From the NCBI GenBank assembly GCA_031835245.2, contig JAVKOQ020000046.1:62001-126000 (forward strand): a stretch of DNA of 64,000 bases. Reading direction: 5' to 3'. The DNA is from Balamuthia mandrillaris. Its lineage: Eukaryota. A model generated the notes under the pieces. That model ran no database searches. It was not told the origin of the DNA and worked only from the letters and a program-made list of their open reading frames with translations. Below are positions 12,005 through 31,009 of the stretch, in pieces (position 1 is the first letter of the stretch; each line of letters starts with the position of its first letter). The translations under genes and the position numbers were made by a program.

Positions 12005-14718
12005 TTAAAAGAGGCCGGTGTCAACCTTCTTTTTCTTCTGTCTCCACGCAGGCCATCCTTTGAATGTCTCTGGAGTAACTCCGAGCACCTTCTGAAACTC
12101 CTCTGGGGACAAGTACGTCTGTGTTCAAAGTTAGTTCAGTCATAGCATGAAAGTAACTTTGGCAAGAGAAAGAGAGCGAGAGAAACAAAGAGGAAAAGAA
12201 GAAGAAATGATACCTCTACACGGGTAGGATCCACGCCAGGAGGCAATGGGCGTTGACGAAGGACAGCATAAGGGATATACTTGCTGCCAGGAGCTCCTCC
12301 AGGAGATGCAGCAGGAGGCGAAGCAGCACGAGGAGAGGCAGCAGGAGGGGAGGCCGAACGCGGAGGAGAAGCTGAACGAGGAGGAGAGGCCGAACGAGGA
12401 GGTGAAGCTGAACGAGGAGGAGATGAAGAACGAGGAGAGGGAGTGGTAGAAGACAAAGGAGATGCTTCCTCTCTTGGTGACGGAGCAGCAGACCTTGGAG
12501 AAGTAGATCGCGAAGAATGCGGAGAGGTGGACCTTGGAGAAGTGGATCTGGATGAGGCTCTTCCGGTCCTTGCTTCTTGTTCATCGTCGTCTTTGTCGTC
12601 TTTGTCGGAAGGGAGAATGCCAGCTGCTTCGAGCCTCTTTCTTCTCCTTTCTTGCCTTTTTTTGGCATCTTCCTCCAACTTTCTTCTTTCTTCCTCTAAT
12701 TCTTTATCTCGTTGTTCTCTTCTTGCTTGTCTTTCTTTTCTTCGTCTTTCGAACTCGTCGTCATCGTCAGCGGTGGATGATGTTTCGACAGAAGAGGAAG
12801 AGACAGATTTTTCCTGGTTCTTCTGCTCTTCTTCCTCTTCTGCCTTGCGCTTTCGTTCTCTTTCTTCGGCTTCTTTTCTTTCTTTGTCTTCTCGTTCTTG
12901 ACGTTCCCTTTCTTTCTTATCCTTCTCTTCTCGTTCATGGCGTTCTTTTTCTTCCTTTTCTCTCCTCTCTTTATCTTCTCTTTCTTGCCTTTCTTTCTCC
13001 TCCGCTTCTTTTCTCTCTTTCTCTTCTCTTTCTTCTCTCTCTCTTTTCTCCTTCTCTTCCTTTTCTTCTCGCTCTCTCTTTGCCTTTTCTTCTGCCTCCA
13101 ACCTGGCTTTTTCTCTTTCCAACTTTTCCTTTTCTTTTCGGGCGTTTTCTTCCTCCTTCTCTCTCTGTCTTCTTTCTTCGCGTTCCTGCCTCCTTCTCTC
13201 CCGTTCCTTCTCTCTTTCTTCCCTTTCTCGTTGTTCTCGTTCTTCTCTCTCCATTCTCCTTCTCTCTCTTGCTCTTTCTTTCTCTTCAGCTTCTTCTCTT
13301 TCTATCCTTTCTCTCTCTTCTCGCTCTCTCCTTCGTTTCTCTTCCCGTTCCCTTTTTTCTTGTTCCTCCTTTTCTTTCGCTTCACGTTCCTTTCGTTCTT
13401 GTTCCTCTCGTTGTAACCTTTTGCGCTCTTCCTTTTCCTTCTCTTCTTGCTGTTTTCTTTCTCTCTCCTCCTTTTCCTTTCGTTCTTGTTCTTCTTTCTC
13501 CTTTCTTTCTTGCTCTTCTTTTTCCTTTCGTTCTTGTTCCTCTCTTTCCTTTCTTTCTTGCTCTTCTCTTTCCTTTCGTTCTTGTTCTTCTTTCTCCTTT
13601 TGTTCTTGCTCTTCTCTTTCCTTTCGTTCCTGTTCCTCTCTTTCCTTTCTTTCTTGCTCTTCTTTTCCCTTTCGTTCTTGCTCTTCTCGTGTTATTCTTT
13701 CTTGTGCCTCTTTCTCCTTTCTTTTTTGTTCTTCGAGTGCTTTTCTTTCTTGTTCGCACTCTTCCATTTCGTTCCTTTCCTCCTCTTCCTTAAGTTTTCG
13801 TTCAACTTCTTCGTCTTCCTCTTCCCCTTCCTCCGCTTCCTCCACTTCTTCTTCCTCTTCTTCTTCTTCTTCCTCCTCCTCCTCTTCTTCTTCTTCCTCC
13901 TCCTCCTCTTCCTCTTCTTTTTCTTCTTCTTCTTCCTCTCCTATGTCATCTTCTTCTTCTGCCTCTCTCTCTTCCTCTTCCTCCTCTTCCGCTTTTGCTT
14001 TAGTCGTTTGTTTATCCTCTTCTTCCTTTTCCTTCCTTTCCTTCTCTTCTCTTTCTTTTCTTTCCTGCTCTGCCTTTTCTTTCCTTGCTTTCTCCTCCTT
14101 TTCCTTCCTTTCCTTCTCCTCTCTTTCTTTTCGTTCTCTTTCTTCCCTTTCCTTTCTTTCCATTTCTTCTTTTTCCTTCTGTTCTTGTTGTTGTTTCTTC
14201 CTCAACTCTTCTTCCTTTTCCTTCTCTTTCCTTTCCATCTCTTCTTTGAGCTTCCTCTCTTTCTCCTTTTTCTCTTTCTTCTTCCTCTCCTCCTCTCGCT
14301 TCTTCTGCAGCTTCTTCTCCCGCTGCTTTCTCAGCAATTCCATTTGTTTCTTTTGCCTTTGCTTCAGCTTGTCTTTTGTCGTTTTGCTGCCCTCCTCACC
14401 CTCCTCTTCTTCCTCTTCCTCTCCTTCTTTGGCGTCTTCCCCGTCCTCTTCGTCGTCGTCGGACTCGTCCAATGCCGCAACATCGATCTCCGCCAATTTC
14501 ACCGTCTCCTCTTTCTTCTCCTCCTCTACCTCCTCCTCTTTTTGCTTCACTTCCTCCTCCTCCTCCGCCTTCTCCTTCTTTGCGCTTCTTTCGGAGCGAG
14601 TGACCCGCACCGAGCCGCTCCTGCTCCCGCCGGAAGCCTCCCTCTTGGCCTTCAAGCGCGCCAGCTGTTTCTCCTGTCGCAGGCGTTGCGCTTCCTTTCT
14701 CTTGGCCTCCGGATCCAT
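12005..14718 (-). CDS. Long E/K/R-rich charged helical protein with RSASPP repeats and a C-terminal villin headpiece domain
   Basis: The ORF splices after ..LPPGVDPTRVE to TYLSPEEFQKVLGVTPETFKGWPAWRQKKKKVDTGLF*, the villin-headpiece pattern. Confidence 0.85.
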
Positions 14719-15110
14719 TTTTATTTTTGATCTCTCTCTTTTTTTTCCTTTGGTCGTTGTTGGTTGGCGCCTTCCGGGGTGGTGGTGGTGGTGGTGGTGG
14801 TGGTAGGGGGGGATCACCTCTTCTCACTTCTTCTCAGTTGTTGTCCCTCTTTTCGTTTTTTAATTTTTTTCGTTATTTATTTTTCGTTTTTGTGAATTAC
14901 AAACTATTAAAACATTTTGATAATAATCAAAATGATTCATAATTTTCGATAATTCCCACAAAATTAAGAAGTATTGTTACGTCATTTTTTCTATTTTAAG
15001 ATATCAATGATGTCATTATTCCCTTTTAGGAGCTAAAATGATCAATATGACGTCACAAGCGTATCGGAATATTGAAAAAATAAAGAAAACGAGAGAGAAT
15101 AGCAGGAGCG

Positions 15111-17267
15111 ATGATGACCATGACAGAGCGACGGCTAGCGTTACTGGCGCTCCTTTCCGTGGTGGCGGAGCTCACCTTCTTGCTCGCCTTGCCCTCGTTG
15201 TTCCTTTCACACTCTGGAGAGAACGAAATCAACCTCCCTGATCTCTCCCTCCGGCCCGTTTGGTCTTGGGCGATGCTCTGCTCCCTTCACGCTGCCTCCC
15301 TGTTTCTCTTTGCTCTGCATTGGATCCGCTTGCGAGGACTGTTGTGGCACTTTTACTTCCTCCTTCCCGTTCACTGCTTCCTTCTCCTTCGCCTGCTCGC
15401 CCTCTCCTCCTGCCTCTCCTCTTCCGCTTCTGCTCTCTTCCCTCTCCATTTCCTCCTCTCCCCTCCACTCCCCCTCCTCCTCTTGCTCTCCCTCCTTGCT
15501 CTCCTCTCTCTCTTGGCGCTCCTTATCTTTCCCGTTTTTGACCTCTTGGACATCCTCTCCAAGGCAGCCTCTTCTTCTTCTTCCGCTGCTCCTCCTCAAG
15601 TTCCCATCGGCTCTTCTTACGCTCTCTTCCCTCTTGCTTCTTCTTCTTCTTCTTCTTCTTCTTCTTCTTCTTCTTCTTCTTCTTCTTCTTCTTCTTCTTC
15701 TTCCTCTCCGCTTTTGCTTCACTTCTACTACCCAGCAGCGGTCGAGGCCTCCAAGCAAGCTCAACGACACAGCAGAGCCCCGCTGATGTACCACGCAGGC
15801 AAGCAGCTGCGCTCTCTCTTCGAATCGATGGACCACTCCCCGCTCATCAGCCGCTTCTTTGGGCATTTGCGGCACCTCTCCTCGCCGGCTTTTCTCGATG
15901 CCCCGCTTTTGCCACCGAAACTCTTTGCCATGTCTTCAACAAAGAAGAAAGTTGCATCTTCTTCTTCTTCTTCTTCTTCGTCTTCTTCTCCTTCACGTTC
16001 TTCGTTTGCATCACGGGCCTATCCGGTGGTATTGTTCTCTCACGGGCTGTATGGCTTTCCCGCACTGTATAACTATATATGTTGTCGGTTGGCTGCTCTT
16101 GGTTATGTTGTGGTATTCTCTTCTTTCTTTTTCCGCTTGGGCATTTCTCTGTCCTTTGTTCTCTTCTTTCTTGCTTCCTCTTTCTTGTTTCTTCTTCTCG
16201 TTGAGTCTGTTTTGAACTTAACAAAAACACACCATTGCAGGTGGCGGTGGGACATACAGATGGGTCAGGCGTTATATTGTCACCAAAAACAGGAGAAGTA
16301 TTGTACGCGAACAACCCTTTGCCAAAAGAACGAACTCTGGATGGTTTGTTCTTGTTTCTTTGGTTCATGTTTTCTTTCAGTTCATGTCTCACAAAACTAT
16401 TTGTAGAGGAGTGGAAGTTTCGCAATAATCAGCTCAACATTCGCGTTAAGGACCTCCAAAACGCTCTTGATATCGTCTCAAAGCTGAATAACTCTGAAGA
16501 ATCCATCTTTTATCGTGCGTTTCTTTCTTTTTCTTTCCTCTCGTGCTTCATTCCACCCTTCTTCCCCCCGTACCTTCTTTTCGTCCTTCTTCTCAAACAC
16601 AAATACAAAAGGTTCGCTTGACCTCAACAGAGTTGCGGCCGTAGGTCACAGCTTCGGAGGAGCCACATGCGCAGGCCTCCTTCTCTTCAGCGATCAATCC
16701 TCCTCCTCCAAAGTCAAAGGAGCTGTCAGTCTCGACGGTTGGATGTTCCCTCTTCCTGGAAGCCAAAACTTTTTCAAGTTTCCTGAAGAGGATAAGAAGA
16801 GCAATGACAGAGAAGCAGAAGAAGATGGAGGAGGAGAAAGAGAACAACAGCAAAAACCAACTTGGACGTTGGAACAACTGCGAAGACGACCCCTTCTGTA
16901 CATCAATGGAGAGAGTTGGGGCAAGGGCAAGAGCCAATGGTACAATTTCAACGTGACGCGCATGCGTCGCCTCTGCCAGTTGAGCCTCAACCGTTGGTCC
17001 CTCATCACCCTCAAAGGCACCGGCCACCACAACTGGAACGACTTTCCCTTTTACTCCCCCTCCATCGCCGCTCGCATAGGCTTGATAGGAGAGTTGGAGA
17101 TGGCGACGGGAGTGGAGTGCACCGTGGCGTTGGTGCATGCCTTCTTGAAGGCGGAGTGCTTTGGGGACGGTGAGCAGGATGAGGGGCAAAGAACGGAGGA
17201 AGCGTGGTGGAGAGAGGTGGAAGCATCGGGGATGTTGAGCACCTACAAGGATGTTCTTCTGCGATAG
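15111..17267 (+). CDS. Platelet-activating-factor acetylhydrolase-like alpha/beta hydrolase with N-terminal transmembrane segments
   Basis: YPVVLFSHGL, LAALGYVV|VAVGHTDGS, RN.QL..RV.D, nucleophile GHSFGGAT, LDGWMFPL, GTGHHNWNDFP. Confidence 0.87.
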
Positions 17268-17536
17268 TCTCGTTTACCGCTGGCTGTACGATAGACGGCG
17301 GTGAAACGAAGCGGATACTACACGGAAGAATATTGTCCACACAGCTTTTGAAGCAATAAACGCAAGACGACATGGACATAAATTTTATTTCTTCATGTCG
17401 CAGGGAATTTTATTACGATAAACGAAGAGGCCCTAGGGTACATTTTTCATTGTCCAAAGTTTCCCCACCACGAAAGGGAAGGGCTGGGCGTCCTCAAAGA
17501 AAAATAAAAAAAATAGGAGAACAAAGCAACGAGAGG

Positions 17537-23178
<5,642 letters not shown>

Positions 23179-23670
23179 CAACACAAAACAACAAAACAAC
23201 AAAACAAGAATACAAAGTTTCACTTACGTCCATTTTTTTTTTTTTTATTGCCCTGCTGCCCTTCGGTGGAAGGTGCCGGCCATTCCTGCAGATTTCCACA
23301 GCGTTTCCGTTCCTGATTGGGAAGCAAATTTCCCCCACTAACTCCTAGCCAATCAAAAGTTGTGACTCTTGGGTCATCTGTGAACCTTATTTTTTTTCTA
23401 TTTCTTATTTTTTTTTTCTTCTTTCTTTCTGTTTCCCTACCGTTTGGCAAAGCTCTCTTTCTCCCCGCGCTTGCGGCACACAAGATTAACATCCGCTAGC
23501 CCTGTTTCTACGTCCATCCATCTCTGGTGCCCGGTCGCAGGCGGTTTGGCGGTGCGGATCCAGGTTTCTCCGGTTAACTCCCATCTGTTTGGTTTATCTT
23601 GCTACTCGTTTCGACAACATGAAAGCAACGCAAAAAGGTACACCATATATATTTTTTTAAAGCAGTTTCA

Positions 23671-25831
23671 ATGGCCGCTTACTCTCCTGTAACAGTCAAA
23701 GTCCGTTTTCAGGTGATGAACGGCGGTGTTGTAAAGGAAACCCTTGAGCACGAGTTCCATCCTGGAACAAAGCTTCTCTCGGAAACTTTTTTCAGGGAAA
23801 CTGCTGCCCTGTTATCCAGGTCCGTATCGACAAGTCTCGCAGAAGATATCATGCAAAAAACGATGCTTGCCGAGGTTGAGTTTCCCCATCTTCTTCTTCT
23901 TTTCCTCCACAACCGCTAACATGCTTACCCGACCAGGAGCCCATTCATTGCAATGTTCTGCCGAACCAGAATATAGACATAACCCAGAGCACAAGAGTTA
24001 GGGACATTGCCACCCGGTGGGAGGTCACCATCCAACTGACTTTCGGCGCCGGGAAGGAATGCTTTTGGTGCGCCAACGGCAGGGCATACCACCACGCAGA
24101 GACAGGTAGGAACCTCCGCTCCCTCCACCTCAACAGAGCACACCCGTGAGCTTATAGAATTTGATTGCTCCTCCTTAACTTGCCCTTCTTATGTTCTGCA
24201 GCGCTAAGGCACGACGCACCACCCGCAGCCCCTTCAACTAGTCCACCCGCTTCCTCTGCTGCGCCAACCCCTGGTGCCTCTTCGTCTGCTTCCTCGTCCG
24301 GTCCCCTTCCTCTCTTGCCCTCCACCTCTTCACGCAAGAGGAACAGAAAGAAAAAGGGAAAAAAGAGACCCCCTCCGGCTTCCTCGCAAAGTCCTCCTCC
24401 TGATCTTGCTTTCTCCGTTGCCTCCGCGGGGACCGCAGCCCCACTCTCGCCGAGTACAACCAGTTCGCCCGTTGCGTCTGAGGCGTTGCCCCCCAGTTCA
24501 TCTTCCCTTGCTTCTTCCTCCCCCACGCCAGAGCATGAACAGGAGGAAGAGAAGGGAGAGCAGAAAGCTAATTCCTCTTCCTCCATGTCTAGCTCCATTT
24601 CACATTCTGGCGTGGGGTTTGAAAGTGGTTCCGAGCACTCTGGCGGAGCGGCAAGACGGGAGGAAATCCAATTTACCGTGGGAAACAGCGACGACGATGG
24701 GTATATCACCGTTCACCTATCGCAGAGCCAAAAACAGAGTAAGTGTTTCTTCACTCTTCCTGAGAGGACCCTAACCCTTGATGAGTGTTTTTGTTTTTCC
24801 ATACAGAAATCAAAGAGCAGGACCAACAGTTTGTGGACGTGCTGGGTGCAAGGTCCGTTCGTCATCTCTTCTTTTCTCTTTGATGTTCGTGCAACGACGA
24901 GAGACAAAAGCTGAACGCAACCTCTTCTCCTGTACTCTTACAGCAAAGAAAGGCTGGACAAGTTACCCCATGGGACCCGCCTGATCTTCCAGGCCCTGGT
25001 TGACATCAAGTGTAGTTTGACTGATATCAAGAGCGAACTTGCGGGCTTCAAGAATACTTTGGAGGATCAGCTCAAGAATTTAGCGAAGCAGGTCACTACG
25101 GTGATAGAGCTCACCGCTGTTGACCATATAACGGAACGACTTGAGCAACTAGGTGCGAAGTACGACCTAGAATGGCGATGGGTGAAGAAGCGGCTGTCAA
25201 AGGAGCAAGCCACATCCCTCTATGACAAGCTTGGACCAGAGTACACCCTCCTTCGAGAGCGCATTGGGAAAAGGGTCTGCGAGCATCGCCCTATTCCGTG
25301 CTCCGAGGCTGATTGCGAAGCTGAGAGAATCAAACGATTGATGACCATCGAGTATAACGCCATTGGTGACAGTGGAAAAGGCACCATCATTGCCGAGTTC
25401 ACCACTTCCACTTTTCAAAGGTGCCACCTTTTAGAGCCAGCAGAGGCCTTGCCGGAACCCCCAAAACCGTTTGAGAAGTATCAAGTTGCCTTGCTTGCGA
25501 AGCTCGCACAACTGGAAAGACAAGTGGCCGCACTGGCTGTTGTTGAACAAAAAATCCCGCTTTTCGCTTATCTGGTGGTTTTTCGCTCCGAGGTAAGCGA
25601 GCAGCAGATGTTGAACACGTTGGCCGCTTGGAAAACAGCTCTTCCACTATTATATGACTTGTCACAGCAACAAAGGTTTCATATGAGCGCGTGGTGCCTG
25701 GATCCGTACGTTTTGTTCTCCCTTTTGTTTTTTCTTACCTCCTTTGGTTCACACCAAGTTATTTACTGAGCATTTGCAACAGCGGCAAGCCAGAACACAA
25801 ATCGGATGCAGCCCAGCAGCGCGCTGAATGA
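23671..25831 (+). CDS. Uncharacterised multi-exon protein (globular N-terminus, S/P-rich linker, coiled coil, possible degenerate REase-fold C-terminus)
   Basis: Five GT-AG introns join ORFs 23671, 24165 and 25017 in frame; stop TGA at 25829-25831. Confidence 0.65.
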
Positions 25832-26065
25832 TTGCTTTCTCACTCGTCTTTTGCTACTATTGTTGGTTGTGAATATTTCCCACCTTTACTGTTTTACTGG
25901 AATATACCATCTCATTCTTTCTCTTTCATTTTGCGTGGCTCTCTCCCTCTCTTTCTCTTCCTGCCTCATCTCTCTCTCTCTCCATTGCTTCATGGTGATC
26001 TCTTCCTGATGCGTTGCTTCTTGTTGCAAAAGTACAAAATTTTAGTGTTGGCTATGAAGAGAGAT

Positions 26066-28004
26066 TCAAACAACTTCGGCAAAGGAAGAAGCCAAAAAGA
26101 CTTTGGCCACGTTTACCAAACAATAGACCAGGCCTTTGACCACGGTGCTCAACGGCAGCACCGCTCTCGCCTCCAGCTGCAAAGCGTGCACCGGAAAGAC
26201 GATCCGCAGCAACACGGCATAATAACGAATGGCAGCGGCATAACATTTCAGCTGGTCTACCAGGGCTTTCTTCTCTTCCTTCGTTTGTTGCTGTTCTTCT
26301 TTTTCTGCTTCCTCCAATTCGGATTCGTTTCGGTGGATCAAACGAAGCACTCGTCGAAGAACTTGTTGGAGGCTTTCTTCTGAGATTCGTAAAACGAGAG
26401 ACTGCATTTCGGAGATGGCGCCGAGGAAAGCTGCATCTCTAAACTGATGAACCAGTTTCGAGAGTCCTTCCAAACATTCCACAAATGCTCTTTCTCTCTT
26501 GTTTTTGCGTTTCGTTCGTTCTTCTTCATCATCTTCATCCTCTTTGACGGTTGAAGGGGAAGAAAGGTCAAACGTGGCAGTCAAGAAAGCCATCTCTGCT
26601 TCAAAGTGTTGACAGGTTCGATCGTATGTATCTCTCTCTTCAATGAGAGTTGGCAGCAATAGAGAAGCAGCAGAATTGAAGGAAGCGCGAATGCCGTGCA
26701 CTTTGTTTGTCAGCTCTTTGAAGTGATTGGAAAGAACGACGGCTACTTGTTTGAGTTTGGAAAGAGGAGAGTCAGAGTTCTCCGGGTTCATGATGAAGTC
26801 TTGGTAGGAGATTGTGCTGAGACTGGACATGACCAGGCGAATGACTTTGTGGATGGAGTCGTCAATGAGTTTGACGCTGGAGAGAAGCTTTGATTCTAGC
26901 TCTGAGTCTTGGAGTTCGGTTGCTTTGACAGTGATTTGAAGCACCAGCTGTGTTGCAGAGTAAAAGTACGTAAATGAAGAGAAAAAGTCAAAATACTTTG
27001 AAAAAAAATAAAGAGAAAGTAGGAAGCAAACCTTTTCAGAACAGAGGGTAAGGCTATTCGCACGTTGTTCGAGGTTGCCTTCTACTTGCCCAGTCGCAGT
27101 TTGAATAAAGTGCATCGTGGCCAAAGCACATTCTTGAATGAGTTTAACGAGAGCCTCCACTTCAGGCAACGTCTTTCCCTCCATCGCACAAAACAATCGC
27201 TGCATTGCTAATGCCAACTCTTGCGTAAAAGATCTCAACGATTGTATATTCTGTTGTCGTTTGTTCAAATGTTAGCAAAAAAAAAAAAAAAGAAAGCAAC
27301 AAACAAAAACAAAACAACTAATAACAGAAAAAGGGTTACAGTTTCGTTTTTGTCGGCTGTTAATTGTTTGACGGCAACGACGACTCCTCTCATGGTGCTT
27401 TGAACGCTGCCCAACTTTTCCAAAATGAATGTTTTTTGCTCCGGATAAAAGTTGACATACGATTGAACCAGTGCGAAGAGATCTTTCACTCCCAATACCA
27501 ACTTTTTGTTCACTTTTTGTTAGTTTGGAAGAGAATAAACTCACAAACAATCAAATCTAACATTAAAGATGCAACGAATCAAAGGAAAATGTGCAAACCT
27601 CTTTCAGTTGAAGATGGAGATTAGTCAGCTCTTCTTCACCGAACGCAGAGACAGAATAAACAGCAGCAGAAGCGAAGTTGGTCACCAACAATGAAACTTG
27701 CTGTAATACAGCAGCTGAACCATACCGTTCAATCCGTTTTGTTACGTCTTGTTCTTCTTCTTCTTCGTCTTCTGATTCCTCTTCTGATTCTTCTCCTTCT
27801 GAAGATTCTTCTTCATTGGATGCGTGCTCTTCTTTTTCCTTCTCGTTCTCGTTTTCTCCGTCTTCTGATTCATGTTCTTGTGTATGATAATGTACAGGTT
27901 TCCATGTTTGGGCTTCTTCGATAGGCGGTGTTTCGGGTTGTTCTGAGAAGGCAACTGTTTTTGTTTAAAAAAATTATCATTTCGATAAGAGACGACGAGA
28001 GAGG

Positions 28005-28050
<46 letters not shown>

Positions 28051-28638
28051 GCGGGGAGCAAACCAGTTCGTTCAGAGGATTTTGGAGGAGAAAGTTGAGC
28101 AATGGGTTGAGAGGGAGGAGCTTCCTTTGTAATAATAGAGGATCCACCCGAAAAGGTCTGAGAGCTTCGTGGAGTGGTTGCTTTCTTTGGCCATTTTAGA
28201 CCTTTGATATAACTTCCGCTTTTTTTCTTTGAGATGCTGTCTTTGTTCTTGCTTTTCTTTGTGTCGATGTTATCACTGCTAAGTGAAACATTCAAATCGG
28301 GTCTGAAGTTCTTTGAGGGAACGACAATATCTGATCCTATGTTTGAATCGCTCAAGGAAGAAACGTTTAGATCTGGTCTAAAGTTCTTCTTCGAAGATGT
28401 TGACTCGCTTTCGATGGAAGAAGAATCAGCCTCTAGCGAAGATGAAGAGACGTTGAGATCCGGTCTTGATCTGGCCTCTCCTCGTGGAGAATTGAGGATA
28501 AGAGAACCAGAATCAGTACTGCTGCCACCAACATTAAGATGAGATGCGCTTGAGGTCTCTTTCTTCTGTGGAATCTCTTTTCGTAACGTTACCTTTGTTT
28601 TTTGAAAGAAATTAGAAAGTGGAAGACAACAGAAGGAA

Positions 28639-28679
<41 letters not shown>

Positions 28680-30353
28680 GCAGCATACTTACAGTATCCT
28701 TTTCGTTGAATTGACCTTGTGCAGCCAATTTTTCAGCTTCTGCTTTCTCCTAAAACATACAAGCAATGTGAGCAATACAACAAATGGCGCAAGAATTAAA
28801 AGAAACAAACCTCTTTTGTTATTTCTTTATCATCTAGTATTTGAAGTTTTGGAAGCTCCGAAATGACAAACAATCGATAATGTGGTATGCGAACGGTGAA
28901 AGGATTGTTGGGGAAGAAGCGAACGACCTGCAATTTAGGTAAAGTTTTCAAAGGCTGGATGATGTTTCGATGCAAAGAACGAAGATTGAACTGGATGTTG
29001 TTGTCGCTCAAATCTAACACTCGTAAAGCTTTTAACTTTGATAGTTCCGAAAAGCCCGCTGAAACAGATGGAAAAACAACAATGAGAAAAAGAACAAGAA
29101 AAAGAGAAAAGAAGACAAAAGAGCCAGAGCAGAAAAACAAAATAAATAAATAAATGACAAACCACTAATATTGTTTCCACTGAGATTAAGTTCAACGAGT
29201 GACTTAAGGTCATACATGTCAGACATGTAATCCAACTTGTTGGAGCGGAGAGATAACAACTTGAGACCAGAGAGACCTTGGAAGCTGATGCTAGATATCT
29301 GATTTCTATCCAATATCAACCGTTTCAAGTGAGAGAGAGAATGAAAGTTGTTGCATTCCGTCAATTTGTTTTCTGTCAAGTCCAACCTTTGAGCAACAAA
29401 TAATTGTCAGCCGTTTGAAGAAGAAGAAGAAGAAGAACAAGAAGAAGAAGAAGAAGAAGAAGAAGAAGAAGAACAAGAAGAAAAAGAGACTCTTTAAGAA
29501 CATCGGGACAGGCAGAAAGGAAATCATCAGATTCTAGACGGTAATCTCCAGAACTGAAATCCAAGCGAATGGGATACTTTGGGCTATCTCCTCCCAACAG
29601 CTCCTTCAACATATCTCCTGTAATTGTGTTTGATGTGAGAAGGAAACAAAGAAAAGCAAAAAGAGAAAAAACAAGAAACAAAAACGAACCAGAAAGAGTG
29701 TTGATGACTTTTATCTTTCCAGATAAATCCGTCTTCCAAGCTGGAGATAGTTGGAACGTTTGCGTCTGTCGTTTCTGCTGTTCAGCAGCCGATCCAGGCG
29801 AATTTGAGATCTTTCTGCTGATAATTTCGTCTTTGTTCAACGTTCTCGCGGAAACAGAACGCATCATTCGGGCCTGCTCTTCTCTCTCCGAGGCACCAGA
29901 AGAGAGTCGTAATGCTTTTATCATGTTCTGTTCTTGCTCCAGAGAAGGAAGACGAGCGCTCGAAAGTGGGCGTGGAGTAATAGATGTTTTCTTTAGTTGA
30001 TGTTCACTGGAAGAAGCAGGAGAGGTAGAAATGGCTAACGGAGGAAGTACAGGTGAGGGTTGGTTGGTGGTATTGTTGTTTTTGATGGAGGAAGCAGAAG
30101 TAGAGAGTTGACGAAGACTGTGAGCTTTCCGGAAAGTGGATCGTTCTTTGGATGGAGAAGCGATGTTTTTGGGATCCGTTTCTCCATTTTCTTCTCCCTT
30201 TTCTGTCTCCTTTTCTTTTGCGTTATCTTCTTTTCCATCTCCATGCACTGTTGCTTTTCTGTCATCGTTGGAAGGGGCTACTTTTTCCTTTTCTTTCGTT
30301 TGTTTCTTTGTCGTTTTCTGTTTCCTTCTGAGAAACGGAATCGCTTTGGCCAT
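26066..30353 (-). CDS. Leucine-rich repeat (SDS22/U2A'-like LRR with LRRcap) protein with C-terminal alpha-helical bundle region; 5' end uncertain
   Basis: LDLTENKL, LILDRNQI, LSLRSNKL, LNLSGNNI, LDLSDNNI; LRRcap NNPF..IPHYRLFVISELPKLQILDDKEIT; amphipathic helical exons at 26066-27730. Confidence 0.75.
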
Positions 30354-31009
30354 CTTCTTTATCTTTATCTTCGCTAGCTTGTTTCTTCTCCTCTTTGTCG
30401 TCCTCTTTTTCTTTCTTCTCTTCCGTTGCTTTTGCCGTGACTCTATGCCTATCCAGATCTGTTTTTTTTTAATACAGAGGAGGAAGAAGAACAAGAACAA
30501 GAAGAACAAGAAGAAGAGAAAGGAAAAGCATCGTCAAAAATACAAGTTTACTTTTGAAAAAAGAACAAACAACAATAAAACAATAAAACGAAAACAACAA
30601 ACAGCAACAACAACAAAACAACAAAACGAAAACGAAAAAGAAAACGAGACACCAAAAACCAACTTTGTTCCGAAGCGGTCCGTCGGTAGCTCGGCCGCCG
30701 GGAGCGCGTGGTGGAGGGCCTGGGCGGGGTGACAGGGGCCGGCGAGGCCGGGCTCAGCGGCGGCGACTGGCTGAGGCCCTCCCTCGGCGTGGTCGGGGAG
30801 CTGTGCAGCGAGCCCAAGGGCAGCTGAAAATTTACCATTTGGTTGGGGGAGGTGGACAAGGGGGAGGAGGCTGAGGAAGGGGAGGCGGGGGAGGAGTGAG
30901 GAAGCGGGAAGCCGCTTAGTTTGACCATGCCGGTGGGCCCCGAGATGACGCTCCCCACGACGGGCTCCTCCTTGCCTTTGCTTTTCGTTCGCTTGCGAAA
31001 GGATTTCAT
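30262..31009 (-). CDS. Upstream exon(s) with a CRIB-like motif and S/P-rich region; either the 5' part of the LRR gene or a separate short gene
   Basis: MKSFRKRTKSKGKEEPVVGSVISGPTGMVKL; gttggt donor at ~30663 and aaacag acceptor at ~30460. Confidence 0.45.

Noticed and set aside
12281..14806. Long plus-strand Ser/Phe/Leu-rich ORFs
   Set aside because: Antisense shadows of the E/K/R-rich minus-strand gene.
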